NCBI GenBank assembly: GCA_963736895.1
Contig: CAVTQU010000011.1
Coordinates: 21,153-85,152, forward strand
DNA from: an uncultured Chloroflexia bacterium
Lineage (GTDB): Bacteria > Chloroflexota > Limnocylindria > Limnocylindrales > CSP1-4
DNA length: 64,000 bases
Direction of reading: 5' to 3'
The first letter of the stretch is position 1. Each line of letters opens with the position of its first letter. The notes under the pieces are model-generated. The model searched no databases and was not told the origin of the DNA. It saw only the letters and a list, made by a program, of their open reading frames with translations. The position numbers were made by a program, and so were the translations under genes. Positions 21,533 to 31,151 of this stretch are shown here, piece after piece.

Positions 21533-22407
21533 CTAGGTGGACGGCTCCTGGGCGGAGGGTTCGACCAGGTAGACGCGACGTGGTTCCGCCAGACCCTTCA
21601 TCTCCTGGAGGCCACGATCGACGAAGGTGACGGTCGAGCCGGCGAGCAGCTCACGGGTCGCCCAGGAGGCGTAGACCTCGCCGGGGCCCGCCAGGCCCAT
21701 TACCCGTGCCGCGATGTGGACGTTCAGTCCGCGGACGTCGTCGCCCTCCAGCTCGAGCTCGCCCGTGTGCACTCCGGCACGAATCTCCAGGCCGAGCTCC
21801 GCGACGGCGCGGCCGATCTCCAGAGCCTGCGCGGATGGCCCGCTCGGCGCCGTCGAAGGTCGCCACGAACCCGTCGCCGGTCGTTGTCACCTCGCGGCCG
21901 CGGAACCGCTCGAGCAGGCCGCGCACGACCATGTTGTGTCGCCCAAGCAGCTCGCGCCAGCGAGCATCGCCAAGCTCGCGAGCCCGCGGCGTTGAGTCCA
22001 CGATGTCGGTCATCAGCAGCGTCGCGACGACGCGGTCGAAGTCGCCGCCCTTCGAACTCGCCCAATCCTGGGCTGGGATTCCAGTTGATGGTGATGTACG
22101 GCTCGTCGCCGATGACCTCGATGTCGTGGAAGGCCGGGATCTCGTAGAGCTGACCGGCCTCGATCAGCATCTCGGCCCCTTCGCGCATCGTGACGCGAGC
22201 AGATCCGGCCATGCACAGGCCAAAGTGGTGGTACTCGCACCACTCGGTCCGCGAGATCGGCTTGATCGAGTTGCTCCAGCGCCAGCCGGGTTCCAGGACC
22301 GATCGACCGACGCGCAAATCTCCAAGGTCGTAGGTCTCCAGCGATCCGTACGGGACCGCCCGCACGTTGTCCGCCTCACCGAATGCCCTGCGCTGTAGCT
22401 TTGCCAT
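21533..22407 (-). pseudogene. cupin-domain / class III nucleotide cyclase fusion, two frameshifts
   Basis: Cupin part: WCEYHHFGLCMAGSARVTMREGAEMLIEAGQLYEIPAFHD. Cyclase part: LLMTDIVDSTP...TTGDGFVATFDG...IRAGVHTGELE...GLNVHIAARV. Shifts are near 22060 and 21830. Confidence 0.75.
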
Positions 22408-22452
22408 GCCGTTTCACCATACCGGCCCGGCCCAACATGGGCCGCTCGGCCA

Positions 22453-22782
22453 TCAGGAATTCGGTGGGATTGTCCGGAACTCGAGCTCGATGCCGCCCAG
22501 GCGACCAGCTATCAAGTTGTAGAGAGCGCAGCCGATCGCGATCGCAATCCAAATCGAGATCGTTGCGACCGCCCACGCAGCAAAGACGCCTGACAACATC
22601 GTTAAGCCGATGAATCCCGACGTCTGACCGGTACCGGTTGCCATCACCCACCACGTGCCGAGGACGAGCCCGAAGACAAGTAGCACGATCCCGTAGGGAA
22701 TCGCGATGGTCAGCGTCAGCACATTCGCTGCTCGGATCGCTGGAATACGCCGCAGACGAACCATTCGATTCGCTCCTTCCAT
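22453..22782 (-). CDS. small membrane protein (DUF3566-like)
   Basis: 109 aa with 3 hydrophobic helices and the C-terminal pattern YNLIAGRLGGIELEF. The family name is from memory. Confidence 0.5.
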   Translation of the reverse strand: MEGANRMVRLRRIPAIRAANVLTLTIAIPYGIVLLVFGLVLGTWWVMATGTGQTSGFIGLTMLSGVFAAWAVATISIWIAIAIGCALYNLIAGRLGGIELEFRTIPPNS

Positions 22783-23026
22783 CGCACAACTGTGGTGATC
22801 CCATCATCGGCTGCTGGCCAATCGAAGTAACCTATCGCCGATGATCGCTCTCGGAAGCTCGAGCCTGGGACGCCTGGTTCGCCACCATCTCCAGACAGAA
22901 CGGCTGATCGGCCCCTTCCGCTAACAGCGTCGAAGGAAGGGGCAGGACGGACGCACGCCGCACCCGCAGCCGATCGAGGCTGCCCGCGTCAGTGCCCTCC
23001 TGCGTGATCGTCGAAGGAGATGAGAG

Positions 23027-23959
23027 ATGCCGATGCCGCATCGGACGTTCGCCCAGGTGGCGAAACGTCGGCTGGTAGGCAAAGAGGGCAAGGAACGCAT
23101 TCGTGAGGTCCGCGCGCTCATCAGCGAGCTGCCGGACTACAAGAACGGGCCGTACGCCGACCTGCGCAAGTCGTTGCTTGCCGAGATCGAGGACACGCGG
23201 GTGCGATCGAGCGCCGTCCACCGTGACTCGATCGCCGTGCGCCGTGAGGGCGCGGCCCAGATCAGCGCTGGTCGGCCCGCCGAACGTGGGCAAGTCGTCC
23301 ATCCTGCAGGCCCTGTCGGAGATCCAGATCAAGACCGGCGACTACCCGTTCACCACGCTGCGCCCGGTCCCTGCCCTGACTCGGATCAAGGGCGTGCTCG
23401 TCCAGCTGGTGGAGATCCCCGGCCTGATCGGCGGCGCTTCCGACGACCGCGGTGGTGGTCGAGCCCTGTTGGGCGTGCTTCGTTCGGCGGACGCGATCGT
23501 CTTCTGCGCGCGAGCCTCATACCCGTCCGACGAGCTGGAGACCGTCCGCGCGGAGCTGGCCTCGGCCGAGATCGACAAGCCGGCGATCCTCGCGGTCACG
23601 CGAGCCGACGAGGCAACCGATGCAGAGGTCGACCGACTGCGAGCAGCCTTCCCCGACCTCGAGATGGTGCGCGTGTCGATCCTCGATCCGGAGACGCTGG
23701 ACAGCCTGCGCGATGCGATCTGGAGCATGACCGGCCTGATCCGCATCTACCTGCGAAGCAACGGCTCGACCGATGCCGAGCCTCTCGCGCTGCCGGACGG
23801 CGCGACGGTTGCCGACGTCGCGGAGTCGGTGCACAGCGACCTCGCTTCGACGTTCACCGGCGCGCAGGATCTGGGGTCCATCGGCGCGGTTCGACGGCCA
23901 GCGCGTCGGTCGCGAGCACGTCGTCGCAGGACACCGACGTCGTCGAGGTGCTCACCTAG
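23027..23959 (+). pseudogene. OBG/DRG-like GTP-binding protein with C-terminal TGS domain, two frameshifts
   Basis: G1 LVGPPNVGKSS, G2 DYPFTTL, G3 VEIPGLI, and a TGS-like end ...VVEVLT. Track ORFs 23027..23959 and 23103..24164 interleave. Shifts are near 23265 and 23870. Confidence 0.8.
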
Positions 23960-24162
23960 CGACCAAATCAGCGACCGACCAGGTCTCAGGTGTAACCGCA
24001 CAGATACAACTGAGCGGATTCTTGGGCTTCGCCGACCCAATGACGGTCGAATTGGTATCTCGCCAGAGACATTTGGGGATCGAGGCCCTCGAAATGTCTC
24101 CATCAATCGACATTCGAAGGTCGAGAGCCTTCGAGTTGTCTCTTTGGATATACCATGGGCAT

Positions 24163-24195
24163 GAAAAAGCCGCCCGCATTGCTGCGAGCGGCTTT
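24163..24195 (-). terminator. rho-independent terminator of csp copy 1
   Basis: Minus strand reads GCCGCTCGCA-GCAA-TGCGGGCGGC followed by TTTTTC. Confidence 0.65.
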
Positions 24196-24213
24196 ACGTG
24201 TAGCGGAGTGAGC

Positions 24214-24417
24214 CTAGGCGGCGTGAACTCGGTTCGCGCGCGGGCCCTTGTCGCTCTGCTCGATCTCGAACTCGACCTTCTCCCCGCCGACGAGGCGGTC
24301 GAAGTCGAGCGTGGAATCGAGCGAGTTACGGTGGAAGAAGTACTCGTTCGCGTCCGTCGCGGTGATGAAGCCGAAGCCGCGATCAGCGACGATCTTCTTG
24401 ATTGTTCCGGTGGCCAC
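24214..24417 (-). CDS. cold-shock protein (CspA family), copy 1
   Basis: GTG at 24417 lies 5 nt after GGAGGG. Sequence: VATGTIKKIVADRGFGFITATDANEYFFHRNSL... Confidence 0.9.
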   Translation of the reverse strand: MATGTIKKIVADRGFGFITATDANEYFFHRNSLDSTLDFDRLVGGEKVEFEIEQSDKGPRANRVHAA

Positions 24418-24530
24418 AATGACCCTCCAAATCTTCTCGAACACAGACTGCAAGCGCACGATCTGTTCGAGAAGAAGTCGATCACACGGGGCCACCGCAC
24501 AAGGCGGCGAGCACCCACCCTACTCCATTT
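24418..24530 (-). promoter_or_regulatory. conserved csp promoter and structured 5' UTR (copy 1)
   Basis: The -10-like TAGGGT, the block CCGTGTGATCG and a 10-bp stem CTTCTCGAAC/GTTCGAGAAG (24433-24474) just before the SD are all shared with copy 2 at 40820-40930. Confidence 0.5.
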
Positions 24531-24553
24531 GCAGCCATACCCACACGAATTGG

Positions 24554-24996
24554 TCAGGCCGCCGGCCACCGCTGGAGCACGATTTCGGCGTCTGCGGGGT
24601 CCATTCGGTAGCCCCGGACATCCGCGTCCCAGGTGACCAGGTCGCGCCGCGCGATGCGTCGCATCACCTTGTTGGGGCCAGCGACGATGCCAGCGAACGC
24701 GGTGTCTGTCTTCTTGCCGTAGCGAGCGGTGAGATCGGCGTCGAGAACGAGAGCCGAATTCTGGAGAGACAGCTCGGCGACCTCTCGCAGCAGCTTCGGC
24801 GGCTGTCGCTGCCACGGATTGCGTTGAGGGCTTCACCCAGCTGGCGGCGACGCAGATCGACTTGATCAACGAGGTCGGCGACGGTGCCGCCGGTTTCACG
24901 CTGCGGCCCCATCACCCAGCGCCACGCAAGCGTCAGCAGCTGCTCCTCTGTATCCGCCTCGAACTCAATTCTAGGCACCTGAAACACCTCGTACAT
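24554..24996 (-). pseudogene. hypothetical protein, one frameshift
   Basis: MYEVFQVPRIEFEADTEEQLLTLAWRWVMGPQRETGGTVADLVDQVDLRRRQLGEALNAI. It continues in another frame from ~24822 as WQRQPPKLLREVAELSLQNSALVLDADLTARYGKK...AEIVLQRWPAA, with a stop at 24554. No family recognised. Confidence 0.4.
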
Positions 24997-25165
24997 ATTC
25001 GTAACTAGCCTGCGACGACTATACACGAGAGGTTGCTGGTGGTACAGTTCCTTCATCGACTGCTAGGCAGCGAACCGCTTGATCCTTTGGCCCCTCGAGA
25101 GACGGCGAGCCACGGGCGAACCCGCTTCGTGTCGAATGAGCCGCATTCAAGCCAAAGGAGAACCA

Positions 25166-25488
25166 ATGCGTTACACGCGTATTTCCACCTACGACATCGT
25201 CAAGGGCACCTTTCCCGAGCTGACCGGCATTTTCGGCAAGGGCATGCTGCCGATCTTCAACAGGGAGCCCGGCTTCGTCGACTACGGACTGGTCGATGCG
25301 GGCGACAACAAGGTCGTCGCGATCTCCATCTGGGAGACCCGCGATGAGCTCCGAAGTCCGTCGTCACTGCGGCGACCTGGATCAAGGAGAACGTCGCCGA
25401 CCGAGTCAATCTCGTGACGACGGCTGTCGGCGACATGGCGCTCTTTCACGGAACGCCCGTGACCCACGGGACGCCCGTAACCGCATAA
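25166..25488 (+). pseudogene. small ABM-like (dimeric alpha-beta barrel) protein, one frameshift
   Basis: SD AAAGGAG before ATG 25166. MRYTRISTYDIVKGTFPELTGIFGKGMLPIFNREPGFVDYGLVDAGDNKVVAISIWETRDE, then a -1 shift near 25347 to APKSVVTAATWIKENVADRVNLVTTAVGDMALFHGTPV... Confidence 0.5.
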
Positions 25489-25667
25489 ATCCCACTTTCT
25501 GAGGGGACGCAAGCGCGTCAGGGCGGCTTAACCGTGGCCAATGGCTCGCTCGTGGCAACTGCCGCTCCGGTCTTGGCCGGGGCGGCTTTTGCGTGTTTGG
25601 CGAGATCCCCTAACGGGCGCGCGCATAATGCCCGCGGTCGCGATGGTGAGCTTGGCGATCCCGCGAA

Positions 25668-26810
25668 TTGGCAGAGGGAGTGGTTGTGATGAACCGATAC
25701 ATGACGCGTGGCGCGACCATTGCGCTTGCGGGAATGTTGAGCATCGCCCTCTACGTGCCGTCGCCAGTCGCGGCTGGAGAGATCGGATCCACATTCAACG
25801 TGACGAAGACCGCCGATACAGCGGACGGTTCTTGCGCCGTTGACGACTGCTCACTGCGCGAGGCAGTCATCGCGTCGAACCTGACAGTCGACTACGACGT
25901 GATCAACCTGCCGAAGGGTCATTACACGCTGTCGATTGCCGGGACGGGCGAGCAGTCCTCGGCGACGGGCGACCTGGATATCCGCGGCGGAGTGGACATT
26001 CGTGGTTCGGGGGCCCGGAAGACGATCATCGACGGCGGCGGGATCGACCGCGTGATCAACGTCCCCTACACCGGTACCGGGACGCCGTTCCACGTGTGGA
26101 TCGAAAACGTGACGATCACCGGCGGCTTCATCGAGAACGAGATTGGTGGCGGAATCTGGACCCAGGAACCCGCGGGAACGACCCACCTGGTCAACAGTGC
26201 GGTGCGCGGCAATCGCGCCAACCAGGGTGGCGGGATCGGCAATGGTTACCCGTTCGAGACGACCATGATCATCGACCGCAGCACAGTCAGCGGTAATCGC
26301 GCACCCAACGGCCAGGGCGGCGCCATTCAGAACGTGGGCACGCTGACGATCATCAACAGCACCATCAGCAGCAACAGGAGCAGGTTCGCCGGCGGGCTGA
26401 TAAATCACCAGGGATCGACTGACATCCAGTACAGCACCATCGCCTACAACACTGCCCAGCAACCTGGGGGCGGGATCTTTCTCAACTCGGGCGACGTGAC
26501 CGTCGAGGGCTCGATCATCGCCAAGAACAGCTCCAACTTCGACTACGGGCGCAACTGCAGCGCGGCCGTCATCTCGCACGGACACAACCTCGAGAACGGC
26601 GACACCTGTGGAATGGACGAGACCTCCGACGTGCACGCTAAGCCGCGGCTGGACCCGCTCGACTACTACGGCGGTACAACGAAAACGCACAGGTTGGGGG
26701 CGACCAGCCCCGCCGTTGACGCGGGGGGCGATACGTTTCCGCCAACCGATCAGCGCGGTGTCAACCGACCGCGCAACCTGGTTCCCGATATCGGTTCGTT
26801 CGAGCGCTGA
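25668..26810 (+). CDS. secreted right-handed beta-helix protein (choice-of-anchor Q / CSLREA-type)
   Basis: Signal peptide, then DGSCAVDDCSLREAVIASN and repeated GGGI/GGAI beta-helix rungs. Ends DQRGVNRP...DIGSFE. The start could be M at 25689. Confidence 0.75.
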   Translation: MAEGVVVMNRYMTRGATIALAGMLSIALYVPSPVAAGEIGSTFNVTKTADTADGSCAVDDCSLREAVIASNLTVDYDVINLPKGHYTLSIAGTGEQSSATGDLDIRGGVDIRGSGARKTIIDGGGIDRVINVPYTGTGTPFHVWIENVTITGGFIENEIGGGIWTQEPAGTTHLVNSAVRGNRANQGGGIGNGYPFETTMIIDRSTVSGNRAPNGQGGAIQNVGTLTIINSTISSNRSRFAGGLINHQGSTDIQYSTIAYNTAQQPGGGIFLNSGDVTVEGSIIAKNSSNFDYGRNCSAAVISHGHNLENGDTCGMDETSDVHAKPRLDPLDYYGGTTKTHRLGATSPAVDAGGDTFPPTDQRGVNRPRNLVPDIGSFER

Positions 26811-26840
26811 CGGGCCTGGCGGGATGAAGTCCGAGGCCAG

Positions 26841-27059
26841 CTAGTGGCGCTTGGCTACCTGCGCGCTGCAATCCGAACAAAGCTCGGGTAGACCCTCGAC
26901 CGCAGGCCGCTCGTCGGTGTCCGGATAGTTCCGGCCGCAGTACGTCCGATGCCCGATCACGTGGCCATCGCTCCACCGTTCGGCCAACGCTATGTGCCAG
27001 ATGTTCTCGTATTGCCCGCGCAGTCCAAACGGCGCTTCGTCGACCAGCTCTTCACCCAT
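26841..27059 (-). CDS. small hypothetical Cys-containing protein
   Basis: 72-codon ORF with coding-like composition and spaced Cys residues (YCGRNYP...LCSDCS). No family recognised. Confidence 0.35.
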   Translation of the reverse strand: MGEELVDEAPFGLRGQYENIWHIALAERWSDGHVIGHRTYCGRNYPDTDERPAVEGLPELCSDCSAQVAKRH

Positions 27060-27085
27060 TCGTCGAGTCTAGCCCCGCGCCAACA

Positions 27086-27321
27086 TCAGCCGTTAGCCGG
27101 GTCAGGATGCTGGAACGAGGCGGATGCGAGCAGCTTGCGCAGAAGGTTGGCCAGTTTTTCACGCTCGTTGGCCGACAGAGAGCTGAGCAGCTGACCTGCG
27201 CTAGGACATTGGCCTGGCGTTGGCGCTCTTCGCTGTGGCAGGCGCGGCTCCGTTGGTCGAGCCAACGAGTAGACAAGGCGGCTATAGCCTCACCCGACCT
27301 CGATATCAGCGCGGTGGCCAC
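27086..27321 (-). pseudogene. MarR-family regulator remnant (N-terminus missing, one frameshift)
   Basis: ISRSGEAIAALSTRWLDQRS...EERQRQANVLAQV, then in another frame LLSSLSANEREKLANLLRKLLASASFQHPDPANG, with a stop at 27086. There is no room for the ~50 N-terminal residues. Confidence 0.4.
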
Positions 27322-27383
27322 CCTCTACGGCGACTAAGCGAGTGCCGACGAGTACCCGGGATCGGTAGGCCTTTCCGCCAACC

Positions 27384-28618
27384 ATGGACACGTTCGGCCA
27401 ATTCAGGAATTGGTTCTGGCGACCACCGAGGGCGCACGGCGAGGTGGTGCGCGATCGGGTAGTCAGCCCGGTCGAACTGTTGTACGACCTCGTCTACGTG
27501 GCGGCCATCTCGCAGGCGGCTCATCAGCTGGCGCTCGAGGTTTCGCCGGTTCGTCTCTTCGATTTCGCGTGGTGTTCTCGATGATCGTGCTGGCCTGGAT
27601 CAACGGATCGCTGTACCTGGAGCTCCACGGTCGCGACGACGGCCGCACCAGGTCGTACGTATTCGTCCAGATCGGGATCCTTGCCCTGCTGTCGGTCTTC
27701 ACTGCCGGAGCCGCGGGCACCGACGGCGCCGCATTCGCTGTGGTCTACGCAGCGTTCCTGGCGGTGATGACCTGGTTGTGGCAATCGGTCCGCGGCCAGG
27801 ATTCGCCCGAGTTTCTGGCAGTCACACGGCGGTACGTGCTGGTCATGCTGGCGTCCACCATCACGATCGGAATTAGCGCCATCCTGCCCTCGGATATCCG
27901 AATCGCGGTCTGGGCTGCCTACTGTGTGGCATTTGTCAGCTTCTTCGTGGCGCTCGGCTTCAGCCGGACCTTCGGCCGCGGCGTCGTACCCACCCACGCG
28001 ATGACCGAGCGCTTCGGACTGTTCACGATCATCGTCCTGGGCGAGGTCATCATCGGCATCGTCGACGGGCTTTCCCACACGGAGCGTGACCCCTTGACGA
28101 TCGTGACCGGCGTGATCGCCCTGGGGATCGGGTTCGGCTTCTGGTGGGTCTACTTCGACATCATCGGCGGCAGGCTGCCACGCCATACCAGCCTGTCGGT
28201 AGTGGGTTGGACCCTGATCCATCTGCCCATCACCCTCGCAATCGCCGCCGCCGGGGCCGCGATGGTCAGCCTGCTCGAGCACGCGCATGACGCTCACACG
28301 CCGGCACCAACGGCATGGCTGATGAGCGGCAGTGTGGCGCTGGAGATGGTCTCGGTCATCGTTGCGGCGTGGATCCTTGTTCTCTTTGATCAGGTTGGCG
28401 TATGTCTATCGTCGGCTTGCCGTCGCCGTGTCGATCGCCGCCGTCGCCTCACTATCGTCCTCGGCTATCTCGCACCTCCGCCGTGGCTTCTCGTGTCCGG
28501 GCTCGGCGCGATCCTGACGGTGACGTGGCTCCTGGCGGTGCGCTGGTACATCCAGGCCCATGCCTGGCCACCCACACAGCTCACCGAATCCGACGAAGAG
28601 GCGACCGAATCGAGCTAG
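27384..28618 (+). pseudogene. low-temperature-requirement A (LtrA) family membrane protein, at least one frameshift
   Basis: VSPVELLYDLVYVAAISQAAHQL in the 27384 frame, then ~10 TM helices in the 27410..28618 frame (shift near 27570). A compensating pair near 28390/28470 is likely, because LAVAVSIAAVASL appears in the alternative frame. Confidence 0.7.
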
Positions 28619-28625
28619 CATCCAC

Positions 28626-28671
28626 TTGACAGATTGTTGTATAAGTCATACATTCTGACTTATTCACAACA
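28626..28671 (+). promoter_or_regulatory. promoter with overlapping inverted-repeat operator for the membrane-protein/XRE operon
   Basis: TTGACA (28626-31), 17-nt spacer, TACATT (28649-54). Inverted repeat TGTTGTATAAGTCA (28635-48) / TGACTTATTCACAACA (28656-71) brackets the -10. AT-rich island in a GC-rich genome. Confidence 0.55.
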
Positions 28672-28695
28672 TTATCTGACGAGCGGAGACAACCG

Positions 28696-29190
28696 ATGAC
28701 TGCCAACCTTGCGCCCAGTCGCCTTGGGCGAATCGACCGCATGACCCAGCGGACACGGCGCATCCTCGCCGTCGTCACGCTTCTCGGCCTGCCCCTGATG
28801 TTCGTCTGGTCCTCGTACTGGATGACCACGTCAGTGTCCACCGTTCTGTGGGGGCCTATCAGCTTCGTCCTGATAGGGCTCACGGTCTTCGGTTCGCTGA
28901 TCCTTTATCGGTTCGCCAGGGACCGCGCCAACCTGCCTGCGCCGAATCTGGACGAGCGGCAACGAATGCTGCGCGACCGAGCGTGGATCCTGAGCTACCA
29001 GATCCTGTCGACGGTGGTCATCGTGGCCATCGTGGTCGTAGGCATCTACGCGTTCATCCTCGAACGGCCCATCACCCTGGACGCGGGACTCGTCAACGCG
29101 CTCGTCCTGTGCGTCGGAGTCCTACTGCCGGTCCTACCCATCGCCGCGCTGGCGTGGATCGAGCCTGATCCTGTGCGGGACGACGAATAG
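28696..29190 (+). CDS. hypothetical 4-TM membrane protein
   Basis: 164 aa with four hydrophobic helices. Its stop overlaps the GTG of the downstream XRE gene (TAGTG). Confidence 0.6.
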   Translation: MTANLAPSRLGRIDRMTQRTRRILAVVTLLGLPLMFVWSSYWMTTSVSTVLWGPISFVLIGLTVFGSLILYRFARDRANLPAPNLDERQRMLRDRAWILSYQILSTVVIVAIVVVGIYAFILERPITLDAGLVNALVLCVGVLLPVLPIAALAWIEPDPVRDDE

Positions 29191-29462
29191 TGCCCAGGAA
29201 CAACGAGCGCACCGAGCCGATCCTGCACAACCGGCTCGCTGTCCTCCGTGCTGAGCGAAGGTTGTCTCGCCAGGAGCTGGCCGACGCGCTGAGCGTGAAC
29301 TACCAGACGATCGGCTACCTGGAGCGCGGCGAGTACAACCCAAGCCTGGACCTCGCCCTCCGCGCGGCTGAATATTTCGGACTCCCCGTGGAGGCGATAT
29401 TCAGCCGGCAGCCGTTCGAACCCATGTCCATACAGCTCTACCCGGAGCGAGCCGCCTCCTAG
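29190..29462 (+). CDS. XRE-family HTH transcriptional regulator
   Basis: NRLAVLRAERRLSRQELADALSVNYQTIGYLERGEYNPSLDLALRAAEYFGLPVEAIF. Confidence 0.85.
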   Translation: MPRNNERTEPILHNRLAVLRAERRLSRQELADALSVNYQTIGYLERGEYNPSLDLALRAAEYFGLPVEAIFSRQPFEPMSIQLYPERAAS

Positions 29463-29522
29463 GACCGAGCGTATGCTCCGCCAGAGGTTGCCGGTCGCGT
29501 TTCTTCGAGGAGGAGTCGGGTA

Positions 29523-30956
29523 ATGGCGCATCGTTCGCTTTCGACCGTGGTTCGCGCGGCGGTGATGGCCGGCTTCGCACTCATGTTTGCCGCCCAAACC
29601 GCGGCCGCGGCAACCCCTTCCCGGGTCCGCGTCACGACAAGCAACCCGTATGCGAGCTGCACGATTGGCGCCGGACCGCCCGAGTGGGGCACGGTCAACT
29701 ATCCCAACGCGGAGGTTGAGCCGATGGTCGCGGTGAACCCCCACAACGAGCGCAACATCATCGGCGTGGTCCAGCAGGACCGCTGGAACGACGGCGGCGC
29801 CCACGGGCTCGTCGCGTTCTCATCCAGGGACGGCGGCGACACCTTCAAGGTCGTGCCACTGCCCTTCAGCTCGTGCGCGCCGAACGGCCTGCCCTATGAG
29901 CGCGCCAGCGACCCGTGGGTCTCGATCGGCCCCGACGGCACGGCGTACGCCGTCGGCCTGTCGTTCGACGAGAACTCGACGCGCAACGCGATCGCCGCGG
30001 CCACATCGACGGACGGCGGCAGGACGTGGAAGCACGTCACGGCAATTGGTCATACGACGGCCTTCTACCACGACAAGGAGTCGGTGACGGCTGATCCGGT
30101 CCACGCGGGAACGGCCTACATCGTGTGGGATCGAAGCCCCGTGTGCTGCGCTTATCCAGCACCGTCGTTCATGTCCAAGACGACTGACTACGGCCACACC
30201 TGGAGCGCGCCGCAACAGATCACAGGGACGAACTCCAACTCCGCGGACCTCGGCAACGTCATCGTGATCGACCCGCGGACGGGCACGATGTACGACTTCA
30301 TGGATCGGTTCTTCAAGTCGAGCGGGCTGGCCCGCTACATCATGATCAAGTCGACCGATGGCGGCGCCCACTGGTCCAGTCCGGTCGCAATCGCTCTCGA
30401 CCGGGGAATCCAGGACGTGGACCCACACGGTGGCGATCGGCCGCAAATTCGGGATGGCTGGGAGATCATCAGCGCGGCGATCGATCCAGCCAGCGGTCGG
30501 CTCTACGCGGTGTGGCAGGACGCCCGCCATACGAGCGGCCAACTGAACCAGGTCCTGATCTCAACGTCGGCCGATGGATCGTCGTGGAGCACGCCGGCCA
30601 CTGTCAGCACCATCCAGGGCCAGGCGGCGTTCACGGGCACCGTCGCGGTCAACGATGTGGGTCAGGTCGCGGTGACGTACTACGACTTCCGCACCTTTGA
30701 CCCGAACCGCGAGCGACTGCCGACGAGCTACTGGATGCGCATCTCTCCTGCGGGCGGGACCGCGTTTGGGCCGGACATCGCGATGTTGAAAGAGCCATTC
30801 AACATGCACAACGCCCCGGACGCGGCTGGGCTGTTCACGGGCGACTACCAGGGCCTCGCGGCGCGCGGGTCAACGTTCGTGTCGATCTACTGCGCCACCA
30901 AGCAGCATCTGCAGAACAGAACCGACTGTTACGTGTCGCAGGTGCCGTCGCCTTAG
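29523..30956 (+). CDS. secreted BNR/Asp-box repeat protein (sialidase-like beta-propeller)
   Basis: Signal peptide (AAQTAAAA). Asp-boxes SRDGGDTF, STDGGRTW, STDGGAHW and SADGSSWS. Confidence 0.75.
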   Translation: MAHRSLSTVVRAAVMAGFALMFAAQTAAAATPSRVRVTTSNPYASCTIGAGPPEWGTVNYPNAEVEPMVAVNPHNERNIIGVVQQDRWNDGGAHGLVAFSSRDGGDTFKVVPLPFSSCAPNGLPYERASDPWVSIGPDGTAYAVGLSFDENSTRNAIAAATSTDGGRTWKHVTAIGHTTAFYHDKESVTADPVHAGTAYIVWDRSPVCCAYPAPSFMSKTTDYGHTWSAPQQITGTNSNSADLGNVIVIDPRTGTMYDFMDRFFKSSGLARYIMIKSTDGGAHWSSPVAIALDRGIQDVDPHGGDRPQIRDGWEIISAAIDPASGRLYAVWQDARHTSGQLNQVLISTSADGSSWSTPATVSTIQGQAAFTGTVAVNDVGQVAVTYYDFRTFDPNRERLPTSYWMRISPAGGTAFGPDIAMLKEPFNMHNAPDAAGLFTGDYQGLAARGSTFVSIYCATKQHLQNRTDCYVSQVPSP

Positions 30957-30982
30957 GCGCTGCCAGCGCTAGTTGGAGGACA

Positions 30983-30998
30983 TCGAACAAACGTTCGT
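30983..30998. promoter_or_regulatory. LexA (Cheo/SOS-box)-like palindrome
   Basis: TCGAAC-AAAC-GTTCGT matches the Gram-positive/actinobacterial GAAC-N4-GTTC consensus. It lies ~155 bp upstream of the helicase ATG. Confidence 0.4.
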
Positions 30999-31151
30999 CT
31001 ATCTGTTACGCTCCGAGTACGAACTGTTCGTTGAGGGCGCTTATCCGGTCTGCGCCCCGGTTCACACCCGATCGACAGCGATCCACCATCAAGCGCCCTG
31101 ACCGGGCCCCGCAAGAAGCGGGTGGGCCCGAAATCAGGAGCCAAACCACTC

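Noticed and set aside
31019-31030. Second LexA box
   Set aside because: The palindrome ACGAACTGTTCG has GAAC and GTTC half-sites separated by 1 nt rather than 4, so it does not fit the Cheo-box geometry.
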